Shown here one piece after another: positions 35,316 to 49,219 of a DNA stretch of 64,000 bases; position 1 is the first letter of the stretch, and the number at the start of each line of letters is the position of its first letter. Made by a program: the position numbers and the translations under genes. The notes under the pieces are model-generated. The model had not been told where the DNA came from. It saw only the letters and a program-made list of their open reading frames with translations, and did not search any database. Where the stretch lies: contig NC_043003.1 of assembly GCF_006345805.1 (NCBI RefSeq), forward strand, positions 1,178,001-1,242,000. The letters run 5' to 3'. This DNA comes from Octopus sinensis (taxonomy: Eukaryota).

Positions 35316-38049
35316 TATATATATATATATTATATATGTGTGTGTGTGTGTGTGCGTGTTGGGAGTGTTAGGCGCAGGCTTGGTTTACTTCTCAACCGCA
35401 CAGCTTAGGGTTCAGTTCCACTGGGTGGTACCTTTGGCGTATGTCTTCTACTATAGCCACGAGTCGACCAAAGCCTTGTGTGTATGTTTGGTTGACTGAA
35501 ACTGAAAGAAGCTCATCACATATTTGTAGTGGATGAGTTTGTGTTAGCATCTGGTTGCTAATAAATATTTACTATTGACGAAGCTCAAAGATGCAGAAAT
35601 ACGTATTTGGCAATGCTACCCACCTTTGCAGTAATTCGAAATACTATCACCTCTGCCGTGAACACAAAGTCAGACACATACTTCCTAGTGATTCCACCAA
35701 CTGACAAATGATCGTCTTAATTCGATAGTAGCGTTGCCTAATAATTTCTTTGATATTTGTAACGATTGTGTCTTGGTACTTTGGAAATATTATATACTTT
35801 TACCGTTATTCCTATTGGAGAATATTATTGAGGTTTCTTGTTTAGAATGATGGCCCTAAATTAGGAAAGGTTGGTGTAGAGAAAGTCCACTGATGCATAT
35901 CAGGGAAATAGGAGATGCAGCTGGAGGAGAGGTGAGTCCAAATGTCAGATTGTATCATACGAGGAGAATATGGTACAACCTGACCGTAGCATCGTGTGCT
36001 GAGGTGATTTATCCGACTCACAATTTATCATTTTTGATTCAATAATATCTTTTATACACGTCCTTCTATAAACTGAAATACTTCCTGCTTCACGTGCTGT
36101 GGTGACCTTTAACAACACCTACGTCTATGTACACGGGTATCATCTGTATATTATTTAACTTCAACACTTTCTGCTTTCAGGAACGATGACGCGGAGAGCA
36201 TTCATTAATGAGGGCATGGTGTCCTAGTTTCTTCCAATAGCATAAACATTGAAACACTGAACAAAACAACAAAGCAGTCTGGCATCTTACTCACGCTCTA
36301 ATCATAAACATCATAACAAAAGACTTCAAAGCCTTCTACGAAAGCAAAATCTTGTCGCAGTCTCTGGCGATCTGTCATGGAGACCCTTACATACATAACT
36401 GTCAAAACTACAATCCTACAGGTTAACTTTCCTCTTCAATTCCCATCAATTATTGTTCCTCCACAACAGAGTAGTGGTGTCATACTAAGACCACTTTCGC
36501 TCTTAGACAAACAAACATTCCAGGTTCCATCCACAACAACATCTTTCAATTGATTCGCAATGATTCATTTTACCAACAAACTCCAGTCATTAACTCACAA
36601 ACGAACCATTTGTTCGTTTGTCTCATCTTTTATCTTTTACTTGTTTCAGTCATTAGACTGCAGCCATGCTGGGGCATCGGCCTGCAGAATTTGTGGTCGA
36701 ATGAATCCCCAGTACTTATTCTATCGTTCTCTTTTGCCGAACCGCTGGATTACGGGGACATAAACATACCAGCACCGGTTGTCAAGCAGTGGTGGGGGAC
36801 AAGCGCAGACACAAAGACACACGCATATGTGTGTGTGTGTGTGTGGGTATGCTCCTGCGTTGTTCGATCCACATCGATAAATGTTTATTTTTCGATTTCC
36901 TATTATTAGTTATGACTAGAAATTTTATGATCTTTGTAATGAGTAAGAAAAATCAAATAGATATGTATATTGTATCGATTTAAAACAAACTTTTAATCAC
37001 GTCATAATCAATCTAGAAATGATTATCCCCCTTTAAATAATTGGCCACCAGGAGACACCACACGTCTGAAGTATTGCTTACATACGAATAATAGCTGAAA
37101 TACTTTTGATCCTAGAAATACTTTTGTTCAAAGTTGTAACCGATGAGAAGGTAACCCCCGGGCCAGACACCAGCAAATTGTGTGTAGGCTGGTTGAATAG
37201 GTATCATTCGAATTGAATAAGACATAACAGAAGCAATATACTTCTACGAAAATTGAATATCAACACCAGATGCCGCCTCTAGCTTTGCTCGTAGTTTTAC
37301 AAGCCACATAAATGTATTTTATTTTAGATTTCTTTAGATGTTTGCAGACAACTGATTATATTGGAAACAAAGAAGTAAAAAAAATGATAATCCTCAGCTG
37401 CAGAACACGAACAAGAAATTACAGAGCGAGGCGTTTCACTAAGCAATTTTGAAAAAGTTTGGGAGGAAATTACACACAAGACGAGAGAATAAACTATTTA
37501 GAAAAGCAGAACGTTTCCCAATAATATCAGAGTCCGGTCTTGCAAATAAACTACTTTACACAAATCTTTCAATAATTCGATTATTGACATCATTTTTTTC
37601 TCAAGCCCTCAGACTTATAAAGCCGGTTGCTCGGCTTCCATGGCATATAAGAGACTAACATCATAACAGTTTTCCTAAACGGGACACAGGTCGGTTAAAG
37701 GGGTTCAAAGCCAGCAATTATGAAGGGAGAAACTGTCGAAGACGACATCGTCGTGACTTGTTGATATCGTCGCAAGAAATGCTGTTAAGTATTTGCCGGA
37801 TATGCTAACGATTCTGCCAGCTTTCCGCCCACAACAACACAATAACACCGGGGAAATTATGACAGGGATCAATGGCCGATGTATATGCAGAGGGGACACC
37901 GACTTTCCGGACAGTTTGGGCCCTGCACCTCGCATAACTTACAAGGAGAAACCCCAAATTCGCAAAGCCACCCACTGAGCGGTCCTCTTCCATAGCACCT
38001 CGCACGACAATTCGATCTCAGTATACGTGTCTCTGTATTTTGCTTAATT

Positions 38050-38416
38050 TATTCTTTTATTTGTTTCAGTCATGTGACTGCGGCCATGCTGGAGCACCGC
38101 CTTTAGTCGAACAAATCGACGCTAGGACTTATTCTTTGTACGCCTAGTACTTATTCTATCGGTTTCTTTTACCGAACCGCTAAGTTACGGGGTCATGAAC
38201 ACACCAACATCGGTTGTCAAGCGATGGTGGGGAGACAAACGCAGACACAAACATGATGGGCTTCTTTCAGTTTCTACCAATTCTACTTCGTGAGTGGATT
38301 AGGTCGGCCCGAGGCTACAGTAGAAGACACTTGCCCATGGCTCCATACAGTGAGACTGAACCGGGAACCATGTAGTTGTTAAGCAAGCTTCTTACCACAC
38401 AGCCACTCCTGCGCCT
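38050..38416 (-). mobile_element. SINE family A
   Basis: Head and tail match the other copies. Confidence 0.85.
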
Positions 38417-38530
38417 AATCATTTAAGTAAATTTTCTATGTTTAATTTAAGGTGCCCACCCCTGATCAGAAAAATCAGTAAACGGGAGAGGGTTTGAAAT
38501 TAAAGTTTCCGGAAAATCGATGTTGCGCAC

Positions 38531-38569
38531 CAGAGGTTCCTAACCGGTGGTCCGTGAACTAAATTCAAA

Positions 38570-38637
<68 letters not shown>

Positions 38638-38744
38638 ACACACGCACACACGCACACACAAAGATAAGCATATTATAAGGGGTCCGTGGGAAAACTCATT
38701 TAAATAAAAGGGGTCTTTAGTAGTGAAAAGGCTGGGAATAACTG
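38531..38744. mobile_element. hAT-type MITE with an internal TA/CA array
   Basis: Ends CAGAGGTTCCTAACC / GGCTGGGAATAACTG and GGTCCGTG subterminal motifs. Confidence 0.55.
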
Positions 38745-39239
38745 TTGTATACGGTTGTGTTCAAGTTTTAGCTTCTTTATTTTACCTTTTTTCTATTTTC
38801 ATATAAACTTTATACAGTTTGTTTGGAACAATGAAGTTCCTAAATTTATATTCGACGTTTCCAGACCTTCATACACTCAATATGAAGACTGTATTAAATT
38901 TAGCATCTGTGTTGTTTCTTATATATACCAGCTGAATTCGTATAGACTTTATCGCGAAAGGCTTTTTACTTGTCGCTGCATAGGTCAGCAGTCAAACGTT
39001 GATTTATTTGTTGCCGTCAAATTTTTGACAAATAATTTTTTTTATCTCTGTAGTCACCTGTTAAATTTTTTGATGTATGTGTTAACTGTGTTCTGATTTT
39101 GACACTAATTTTGAACCAACACCGCTTCCGTCGCTAATAAAGAAAAAACAAACAACTTTCCTAACACCGTTTCAAGGAAAATAAATAATTTTTACTCTTC
39201 GCAAATTCTAATTCGACTTTCGAAAACCATTTATCATTT

Positions 39240-39610
39240 ATCTACTTGTTTCAGTCAGTGGACTGCGGCCATGTTGGGGCACCGCCCTTGAGAATTTTAG
39301 TCGAATGAATCAATCCCAGTACATTTATTTTTCAAACCTGACACTTATTCTATTAGTCTCAGTCTCTTTTGACGAACCGCTAAGTTACGGGGACATAAAC
39401 ACACCAACACCAGTTGTCAAGCGGTGGTGGGTGGACAAACACAGTCGGAAAGACCTTAAACATACACACACACACACATATACACACACATATGACGGGA
39501 TTCTTTCAGTTTCCGTTTACCTAATCCACTCACAAAGCTTTGGTTAGCTCGATGTTATAGTAGAAGACATTTGCTCAAGGTGCCACGCAGTGGGATTGAA
39601 CCTGGAACCA
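39240..39610 (-). mobile_element. SINE family A
   Basis: Body and tail match the family. Confidence 0.8.
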
Positions 39611-40083
39611 AAACTTTATTTATGCTAATCACTTTACTTGAAACTTCTGTCATTATTCGTATATCAATGTTTTGTCGTTTATTTGTTTTCCTCGGTGGAC
39701 TGCGGCCATGCTGGGGCACCACTTGCAAAGGTTTTTAGTCGAGTAAGTCGACCCCAGGACTTATGTTATTTTAAAATCTGCTACTTATGCTATCGGTTTC
39801 TTTTGCCGAACCGCTACGTGTGCGGCATGGATGTGAATGTATATAAAAAGGGAGCTAATTAAAGATATTGAACTCCGTGAATATAATTGCATCGGTTTCT
39901 GCAACTCTAGCTATTTGTCTATCTTCCTCTCTGTAGCTGTCTGCACACACAAACACACACACACACACAATATTCTTTTCATACCTATGCCACAATGGGA
40001 ACCAACCCTGTATCGGATCTACGGTTTATATTGGATTTGGAACAAATATATATATACATACATATATATATATATATGTATGT

Positions 40084-40117
<34 letters not shown>

Positions 40118-40167
40118 ATATATATATATATATAATATATATATATATACATACATATATATATATA

Positions 40168-40324
40168 TAAACATCTTATAAGCAAGGGCTAAGAAGATTA
40201 TTCTAAAGCCAATATACTGATTATCCACTCAGTTCAATTTCCTGTAACAAGTGGTTTATAAGTGGATAATCAGTATATTGGTTTTAGAATAATCTTCTTT
40301 ACCCCTTGCTTATAAGATGTTTAT
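40168..40324. repeat. ~62-bp-arm inverted repeat adjoining (TA)n
   Basis: TAAACATCTTATAAGCAAGGG..AATATACTGATTATCCACT / AGTGGATAATCAGTATATT..CCCTTGCTTATAAGATGTTTA. Confidence 0.9.
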
Positions 40325-41142
40325 AATTTTGACCGTAAAGGTTTTTTTAATATACTGCCACGCTTCTTGATGGAATTCTTTTCTGTAGAGAAAGGGGCTT
40401 CATCCTATATTGCATATATATATATATATATATATATTCTTTCCTTCTTTTACTCGTTTCAGCCTTTCAGCCATGCGACTGCAGCCATGCTGGAGCACCA
40501 CCGTGGATATATATATATATATATCTGCATTACGCTACCCCATGGTTGTTTTACCTCACTATAAACTCGGTGTTATGGTACCGAGCTAATCCAAGCGTCC
40601 TGCGTGTTGATACACCTGGATTCTATATATGCGTGTGTGTGTTGTGTGTTTGTATATGTGTGTGTGTGTCTGTGTGTTGTGTGTTTGTATGTGTATGCGT
40701 GTACACGCAAATGCATATATACGTACGTGTACACAAACACACAGAGACGCAGCTATTTCTTGCTTAACATGAAAAATCCTTTCCCCACCGTCACCGATGC
40801 CTCCGCTTATATCGAACCACGTTAATAGAATTTAATGGTCATGGCGATAATCGTAATTAATCCTTGAATATGAAATACCAATTTGGAATGACATAAATTC
40901 GTTTAAAAAAGAAAAAACAATTTATGAAGAGTCATTCAAACAGTTATAGCTGCCACCATTTCTACGTTAATTTTCTACGTTAATTGTACAATAAACAAAT
41001 AATTTTAAAATTTTAATGTCGCTGAACGAGCGAATTTCTGTCAACATTCAGGAACGAATCAAGAAATTGTTGTTGGCTTCACTCTGTCCACCGTAAAATT
41101 TCATCAAGTTTTTTCGCTATCGTTTGAAACTCCTCCATGTTC

Positions 41143-41431
41143 CCTTCTTCTTCTTCTTCTCTTCTTCTTCTTCTTCTTCTTCTTCTTCTTCTTCTTCTTC
41201 TTCTTCTTCTTCTTCTTCTTCTTCTTCTCTTCTTCTTCTCTTCTTCTTTCTTCTTCTCTTCTTCTTTCTTCTCTTCTTCTTCTGCTTCTTCTTCTTCTTC
41301 TTCTCTCCTTCTTCTTCGTCTTCTTCTTCTTCTTCTTCTTCTTCTTCTTCTTCTTCTTCTTCTTCTTCTTCTTCTTCTTCTTCTCATCATCCTCCTCCTT
41401 CTTCTCCTCCTCCTCCTCCTCCTCCTTCTTC
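41143..41431. repeat. (CTT)n/(CCT)n trinucleotide array
   Basis: Direct reading. Confidence 0.95.
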
Positions 41432-42668
41432 ATTTTTCGCATCGCAGCAGCATTTCTTCCAATTCTTTACCTTCCAAGTTCAAATTCCAGTGATGTCTTC
41501 TTTGTCTTTCATCCTTTCGAGGTCGATAAATCAAGTACCAGTTGAGCACTGGGTGGGGAGCATTGTAATCGAATTTCCCCCAGCACCGAAATCGTTGGCC
41601 TTGTACCAAAAACTTTGAAACCATTATTATTAAGGCAGCGAGTTGCCAGGAATGTCTAGCGGCATTTCTTTCGGTTCTCTACATTATTATTCTAATTATC
41701 ATTCCTTCTTCCTCTCCTTCAATCTTTTCTTCTCCTCCTCTTCCTCCTTTATCTCTCCGTTTTCCTTCTTCATACGCTGCTTAAGCCAACGGCTCTTTCA
41801 GCGGTAACAATTTCAACGATGGTTTTTTTGAAGCCACTAAAATTCTTAGTATACTTATGGAAACCAGTATCACAGGCTACTCGCCCACAGCTGGTTGTCA
41901 CTTCTTCCAAAGACTCACGAATATCTTTCAATTGCTTCTTTAATGTGAATAATTAAAAGTAAAATTCCCAAATAGATCTTAATTGCCTGTGGGACAATTC
42001 TTTAAATAAAAGAGGCTTGAAATATAGCCGTTCCCTCAGTTCAGTGACTGCGACAATGAATATTGTATTTCGTGATAAAGAAAAAGAAAAAGAAAAAAAG
42101 CGGGCGGCACATTAGTACAAAAGTTACGGCGTCCAGAGACATTAACAGAGATCAAAAGAAATTTGATAAGTTATTTTATTTTATTTATTTATTTGTAATA
42201 ACATTGAAATTCCAGATGGCACGGCTGTGTGGAAACCCGTCGTCTATGTACACACACACAACACACACACACATTGTGAGACTAATCACTCGACGTAGAA
42301 CTCAACACGCTTAGGTTTCAGAACCAAGTGTTTGCTGGGTAGAGAGCGATGATAAGAAAGAGAAATGGAAAGGAAGGAATGATGTATCTTATGAAGTTCC
42401 TAAGATAATCTTTTCTGCTGTAGGTACAAGGTCTGACATTTGGTGGGAGGAGGTAAACCGATGACATCGACTCCAGTATTCAACTGGTATTTAATTTATC
42501 GTCCTCGAAAGGATGAAAGGCAAAGTCGACCTCAACGGAATTTGAACTCAGAACGTAGCGGTAGAGGAAATACTACTAAGCACTTCGCCCGGCGTGCTAA
42601 CGATTCTGCCAGCTCGTCGCCTTGGAGTTCATAAGATAATCGTTTAATCTTTTGTCATCTCTCTTTCT

Positions 42669-42713
<45 letters not shown>

Positions 42714-43609
42714 GAATAAGAAAAAGGAAGTCATTGCTACAGCATTCTATTAAAAATATAAATAGAAATGTCTTTTCTGATAATTTTTCCACTTTAATAA
42801 TTAGATTTTTAAAGTGGCTTTTCTGTTCATTTCTTCATGTGTGTGTGTGTGTGTTAATATTGCAACTTTAGAAACAAGCTATTTTAACACCGGCCAGTGT
42901 AGGCATTTCTCATGACACAACTCCATAAACTGTACACTTTTGAAAGTCTAACGCGAAACCAGTGAAATAATTCCTAAATTTTAAAATATATTTAAATCCT
43001 TTTTTTATTCTAACGGATTCTCTGTGCATTTTCAGCTTCGTTTTGCCCATTCCTTCACTTGTTTGGATTAATACTCGTAACAATTTCTCTCTCCCTCTCT
43101 CTCTCTCTCTTTCTCTTAAAACATGCAATACGATATAATATATATTCGCATATGAAGATATATTAAACACGTTATAATATAAGTGGATCGAGCAATTAAA
43201 ACCCCAAAAAGGTAAAGTTAATAAATGAGGGTGCAGAACAGCACCTGCAATTGCCAGAAATGAGAGCCAAAATTGCATTCGAACAGCAGCCACACAAAAG
43301 CTCTAACTTCATGGAATATTCGGGACTGCGAGCAGCAAGCGACGACATCTTTCTTTGGCGAGAGACACTCACAGAATGAAGTAGTTTGATAAAACCTTGT
43401 CATGTAATTTCGAAATTTGATCAACGTGATCTTGTTTCTCGTTAGAGGTTTCCACAATTACTCCGGGTTAAAGAGATTGCCTGCCTCTCATTCGTCTTTC
43501 GAATTTGACTGGAAAGACTATTTACATTTTGATTAGAGTCAACATTTGGTAAACTACAGCCGATGTTGTATCTGTCAAATGATGATCCTAAGTATTTTTA
43601 ATCCTATAC

Positions 43610-43616
<7 letters not shown>

Positions 43617-43654
<38 letters not shown>

Positions 43655-43704
43655 TAATAATAATAATATAATAATAATAATAATAATGATAAAATAATAA
43701 TAAT

Positions 43705-43779
<75 letters not shown>

Positions 43780-43791
43780 TATAATAATAAT
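43617..43791. repeat. (TAA)n array
   Basis: Direct reading. Confidence 0.95.
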
Positions 43792-43861
43792 TTGAGGGAA
43801 TATTATTCCTAACTTACAGGGAAAAAATTCAATTTAGAAATACTAAATCAAATTTCACAAA

Positions 43862-43905
<44 letters not shown>

Positions 43906-43944
43906 CATATATATATATATATATATATTATATATAATATATAT

Positions 43945-45292
43945 ATATAAATTATTAAAAAAAAACACCTTTTATCAATTCAAATGAACAATTAAATTAC
44001 ACCATCTAGAAAATTACATATAATAGAAATATTAAATATAAAATAACAATAATATACCGATGATTAAGTAATGTGCAAAATAATAAATAAAAAGTATATA
44101 TTTGGTAGAATAACAGCACGTGTTTCGTGGCTATATTTAAGAAATGATTATAGTAAAAAAATTAATAGTTGTAGTAAAATCACTAGCCACTCATCAGGTT
44201 AAAGATAAGCTACAATAATAAAATAATTAATTAATAAATGTACGTAAATAATCTTTTAAAATATAAATATATTCTTTTATATAAATATATTCTTTTATAT
44301 ATATTATATATATATATATATATGATACTAAATATACATTAAGTGAAAACTAAATACAATACTTAAATTATACAATATTTTAAAATTAATTAATATACAC
44401 AATGCTAGTGCAAGCCATTAATATTGGAATGAAAATAAGAAGTGGTTCAAATATAGACACAGTCCTTAAATAAACTAACAATATAATTAATATATAAGTG
44501 TAGTTTCTATAGATTTAATGTATCACTCAATAATATAGTTGACCAAAATATCAATTAATATAAAACCTAATTTACTTAAATTTAATACTACTTAATAAAT
44601 ATACCACCTAATTATTAAATAACATTATTGTCTAACAAAATTAATTCTCAAATTAAATTAAATGTAATACGTTAGATCCCTTTATAAAAATAATTATAAA
44701 TCATTCTAAATAAATAGCTATAATAATTAATAACTATCATAAATTATAACTATCAATATATATATGTAAATGATATAATGGCGAAAATTATTTACTAATG
44801 AAAAGTAAGAAAAACATCTAAGCCCCATAAATTAAAGAAAGGTGCAAAAAATATTAGAACAAATGAACAATACAATATGAAGACATTCAACTACAACCGA
44901 CAGTTCACTACAAATCCAACAAACAATGTTACGAGGTTTATCGATTAAATTAATCCATCTGGATTTTAAATGCATGAAAATAGGTTTTAGCGTCTTATGA
45001 ATATACGCAATTAATTATTTTATTAATGTAGTTTATTTTTAACCTGATGAGTGGCTATATTTATATTGAAGTGATTTTACTACTACTATTAATTTTTTTT
45101 ACTATAATCATTTCTTAAATATAGCCACGAAACACGTGCCGTTATTCTACCAAATATATATGTTTTATTTATTATTTTAATCATCGGTATATTATTGTTA
45201 TTTTATATTTAATATTTCTATTATATGTAATTTTCTAGATGGTGTAATTCAATTCTTCATTTTGAATTGATAAAAGGTGGTTTTTCTAATTT

Positions 45293-45300
<8 letters not shown>
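43945..45300. mobile_element. Non-coding PLE-like element with ~290-bp inverted termini, each carrying a hammerhead-like motif
   Basis: 43945-44232 is the reverse complement of 45009-45300. HHR-like motifs at 44111-44201 (-) and 45040-45144 (+): TAAC-CTGATGA-GTGGCTA..TAGCCAC-GAAAC-ACGT-GCY-GTTA. TA arrays on both sides. Confidence 0.8.
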
Positions 45301-45364
<64 letters not shown>

Positions 45365-45485
45365 TATCGATTTCATATATATATATAATATATATATATA
45401 TATCATATCGATTTCATAACGCCGGTGTTTACTCTATTAAGCTATGAAATATGAATCAACTCGGAGACCGACTGTTTTATAGATC

Positions 45486-46000
45486 ACTAGCAGTATCGCC
45501 CGGCGTTGCTCGGGTTTGTAAGGGAAATAACTATATAAGCATTTTTAGAGAGTTACTTCCCTTATAGATGCCAATTCGGGCTTTCTTAGCCATTTCTGTT
45601 TTGGTGTCTTCAAGCCATGAAGTCGTTGTTCTAAAAGAACACTGGTCTCCTTGACAACGCTTTACGACGTTGATTTCCTTACACTCCCTTCCCCACAGCT
45701 TCACGATGGAGGGAAGAAGGGGGAGAAGCAAACAGGTGCAGGTGTGACCATGGACGCCAACTCCGCCACCATCGACACACGCAAAATTATGCATTAAAAT
45801 GGAATAAAAAATTATGTTAAATTATTTTTAAAATCGTAGACTCATCGTAGACGCGCGCTAATACTCAAACGGGCTCGATATGAATCACGACTATAAGATA
45901 CCCGAATTTGGTTAAACTGCACCGCAAAATGTGGGAGTAGTTAGGAATCTAAATCGAAGGGGACAGACACTCACACAACTACAGTTTTATATATATAGAT
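45486..46000 (+). mobile_element. Helentron/HINE-like non-autonomous element
   Basis: 5' ACTAGCAGTATCGCCCGGCGTTGCTCGGG hairpin and 3' ACAGAC..TTTTATATATATAGAT. Confidence 0.7.
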
Positions 46001-47374
46001 ATTTCTGAAAATCCAGAAACATACGTTGAGTTTATATAATTATTCACAAGGACAATGCAGTGAGTAATTCATTTCATTACATAAATTTACAATTGTGTGT
46101 GTGTGTTTGTGTGTGTTTTGATTTTGTGTTTTACCACCTTACCGCTTGACAATCGACGTTCACTTATTTATGAGACAGTAGCCTAACGGTTCGGCGAAAG
46201 AGGCCTTCAGAAGTAACTATTGAGGTTGATATGTCTGACTAAATCCTTCAAGTGGTGTCCCAGAATGGCTGCAGTCCAGTGACTGAAGCAAGTAAAAGAT
46301 TAAAAACAGAATTTTGGTAACCAATACCTTTATTATTTTCTCACCAAAAGATTAAAAGCCCTTGGGATCATCGTTTGATAGATAAAATATCGGCTTTAGT
46401 TGACTAAGTGTTGGTTCTAATCAAAATGTTAAGAGTCTCTGCAGTCAAATTCGAAAGACCAAGTTTCGACAATCGTTTCCAACTGTACTTGAAAGTCTTA
46501 GATGTCTTTATGACAGAGATTATGGAAATGGCTTTCCCAAAACAGAATAAATGCTATTTGAAATTTTAGGCTTTTAAAAATGGGAAAAGTTCAAAAATTG
46601 AAAATCTGTCGGAAAGTCATCAAATCTTAAAGCAGCCATGAAAAATATTGGCTTAAGCTATGAGGCTGAAAGTTTCAGGGAATCTTTCTTTTGTAGAAAT
46701 AAACAATGCTGAAAATTTGAAAAAGATTTGAGAAGATTGCCGACAAATCTGTGTTGAATTTGATTGGAATACTTCTTAAGCGACTTTTGATGCTTTCTAA
46801 CAAGATTCAAGTGTTATGCTTTCGGCTACTAAAAAAATTTCTTGGTTGCGTTTTGTTCAAGAAAACACCGAATGCATTTGCGTCGAAGATAATAATATTC
46901 TTCAATTATTTTTATTAATTCAGGAAGAATATTCAACTACTGAATCTCCATCTGCTTGTGGCTAACGTGGCAAATGACAACCTTCTACTGTTATTTGCCA
47001 GATTTTTCAATCCTGTAAATTTTTTTGTTTTGATTTTCTTCGTTCTTCTTTTTCTTAAATTTCCAAAGCAACCATTACTGACCTAAAGTGTTAGTCATTT
47101 CTTGATATTTTGCTTGATTAAATCGAGTAAAAAAAAAGGCTAATGGATTCGATTATAACATTATTAGTATCAGCTGGAATTCATCTCTGATAATACAGCC
47201 TTCTCACTAAAGTGTATAACAAATCTTTCACTTGAACCAGCCATTACGGCACTTCTGTTCCGAGGACATTGCACAAATCATGTGGATGCCATTTTACTTT
47301 ATATCCAGTGTAGCGATTTCGAATTTCCCTATTCAGATTACTTCCCGGTAACTTGAAATCACATCCGGATTACC

Positions 47375-47441
47375 GGGGGTAGGATGAAATAGATCTTAAA
47401 TTACTCCCGGGAGTAATCTGAAATCGATTTCATCCTACCCC
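47375..47441. repeat. Spacerless imperfect palindrome centred on CCCGGG
   Basis: GGGGTAGGATGAAAT.GAT..ATTACTCCC|GGGAGTAAT..ATC.ATTTCATCCTACCCC. Confidence 0.85.
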
Positions 47442-47580
47442 TTATGATTTCAAATTACCCCCCTCAACCCCCCCCCAAATGTTCGTCGCCCTCATGGTAA
47501 ATAAAAGAATTATAATTTTTATTATTATAATTTTTTTTTGCTGTAACTTATAATTACAATAACTATCAATTCAACCCATC

Positions 47581-47649
47581 ATTTGCATATAAACACATAC
47601 CTCATTTGCATATGAGCAGATCTCATTTGCATTTAAGAATGTATAAATA
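47581..47649 (+). promoter_or_regulatory. Three octamer motifs plus a TATA box
   Basis: ATTTGCAT at 47581, 47604 and 47625, and TATAAATA at 47642. Confidence 0.5.
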
Positions 47650-49115
47650 CGTTTGGTTTCCGTTTCAAACGGATTGATATATCTTGCTTCATGCAGTAGA
47701 TACAGTTCGTTTGCATCTCAATGTCTATTCACGTATTTTGTTTAGTCTAAAAATATATTTTTGTAATTATATTTTATCTTTGATAAATCCGAACAGAAAT
47801 AACAGTTTTAAATTATCGAAAGTAATTTTTTTATTTTTAAATCCTGCAGACTCGGAATCTCTGATTTTCAAAGTGGTTCTTGTAAAGGTATCATTAAAAT
47901 GGTAGAGGATGTTTAAAATCCAATATTTTCTTCATTTTTCATCTTTTTTATCTTTCTTTTTTTCCACATCTTAAGAATTAGTCTGCAGTATTGAACGTTA
48001 CACGTGTTTGATAATACAAAAGTATGAGGCTGCACGCAGGCTGGCAAAATCGTTAGCTCGCCGAGCAAAATGCTAAGCGGCATTTCGTCTGTCTTCTGGG
48101 TTCAAATTCCGCCGATGTCGACTTTGCTTTTCATCCTTTTGGTGATTAATAAAATAAGTACCAGTGAAGCACTGGGGTCCATGTAACTGACTTACACCCT
48201 CTTCCGAAATTACTACCCTTGTACCAAAATTTGAAACCAACGAAACCAATGACGAGCCGGCAGAATCGTTGACACTCCGGACAAAATGCTTAGCGGCATT
48301 TCGTCCGTCTTTACTTCTGAGTTCAAATTCCACCGAGATCCACTTTGCCTTTCATCCTTTTCGGGGGTTAATAAAATAAGTACCAGTTGAGGACTGGGGT
48401 TGAGGTAATCGACTAGCCCCCACCTCCCTCAAAATTTCAGGCTTTGTCTCTATAGCAGTAAGGGTTATTACCAAAACATCGATAGTTTGTTAACGTTAGA
48501 ATTTATTATTTTAGCGAAATCAGACGCCTTCAGAAGTAACTACTGAGGTCGATATGTCTGACTAAATCCTTCAAGTCGTGTCCCAGAATGGCTGCAGTCC
48601 AATGACTGAAGCAAGTAAAGAATTCAAAATAAAGGTAAGTATGTGCTGCAAACGAATTTTGAAACAGAATTTTGGTAACCAATACCTTTATTATTTAATC
48701 ACCAAAATATTAAAAGCCCTTGGGATCATCGTTAGATAGATACAACATCAGCTGCAGTTTACCAAGTGTTGATTCTAATCAAAATGTTAAGAGTCATTGC
48801 AGTCAAATGACTCCTGCACTATGAACAGTGCAGGGGTAATTTGAAATCACGTTTAGGTTATTCCAGGGAGTAATTTGAAGCTGAAATGAGGTTGGGTGGA
48901 ATAACTTGAAGTTTTTACATCAGGTAATAACTCACTTTGCCGCAGACTCTTCGTATTGTTGGCTTAGCAATGCTTAACTCTCAGCCGATCTTAGCTACGT
49001 TTTCGCAGACTTGACAACTACATAAAATTCTCTGCATGAAACCAGTGGTTACCTTGTTAACTAATGAATAATATGTATGCGTATATATATATATATAGAT
49101 ATATGTTCGCAAGTT

Positions 49116-49178
<63 letters not shown>

Positions 49179-49182
49179 GATA

Positions 49183-49219
<37 letters not shown>

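Noticed and set aside
36180-36540. Possible degraded CR1/Jockey LINE tail
   Set aside because: Too decayed to support by eye.
37449-37658. Possible Tc1 transposase HTH remnant (GRKLHTRRENKLFRK)
   Set aside because: Weak resemblance only, with no TIR or catalytic region.
41079-41618. Poly-R/K/E/S/L ORFs
   Set aside because: (CTT)n array plus SINE sequence.
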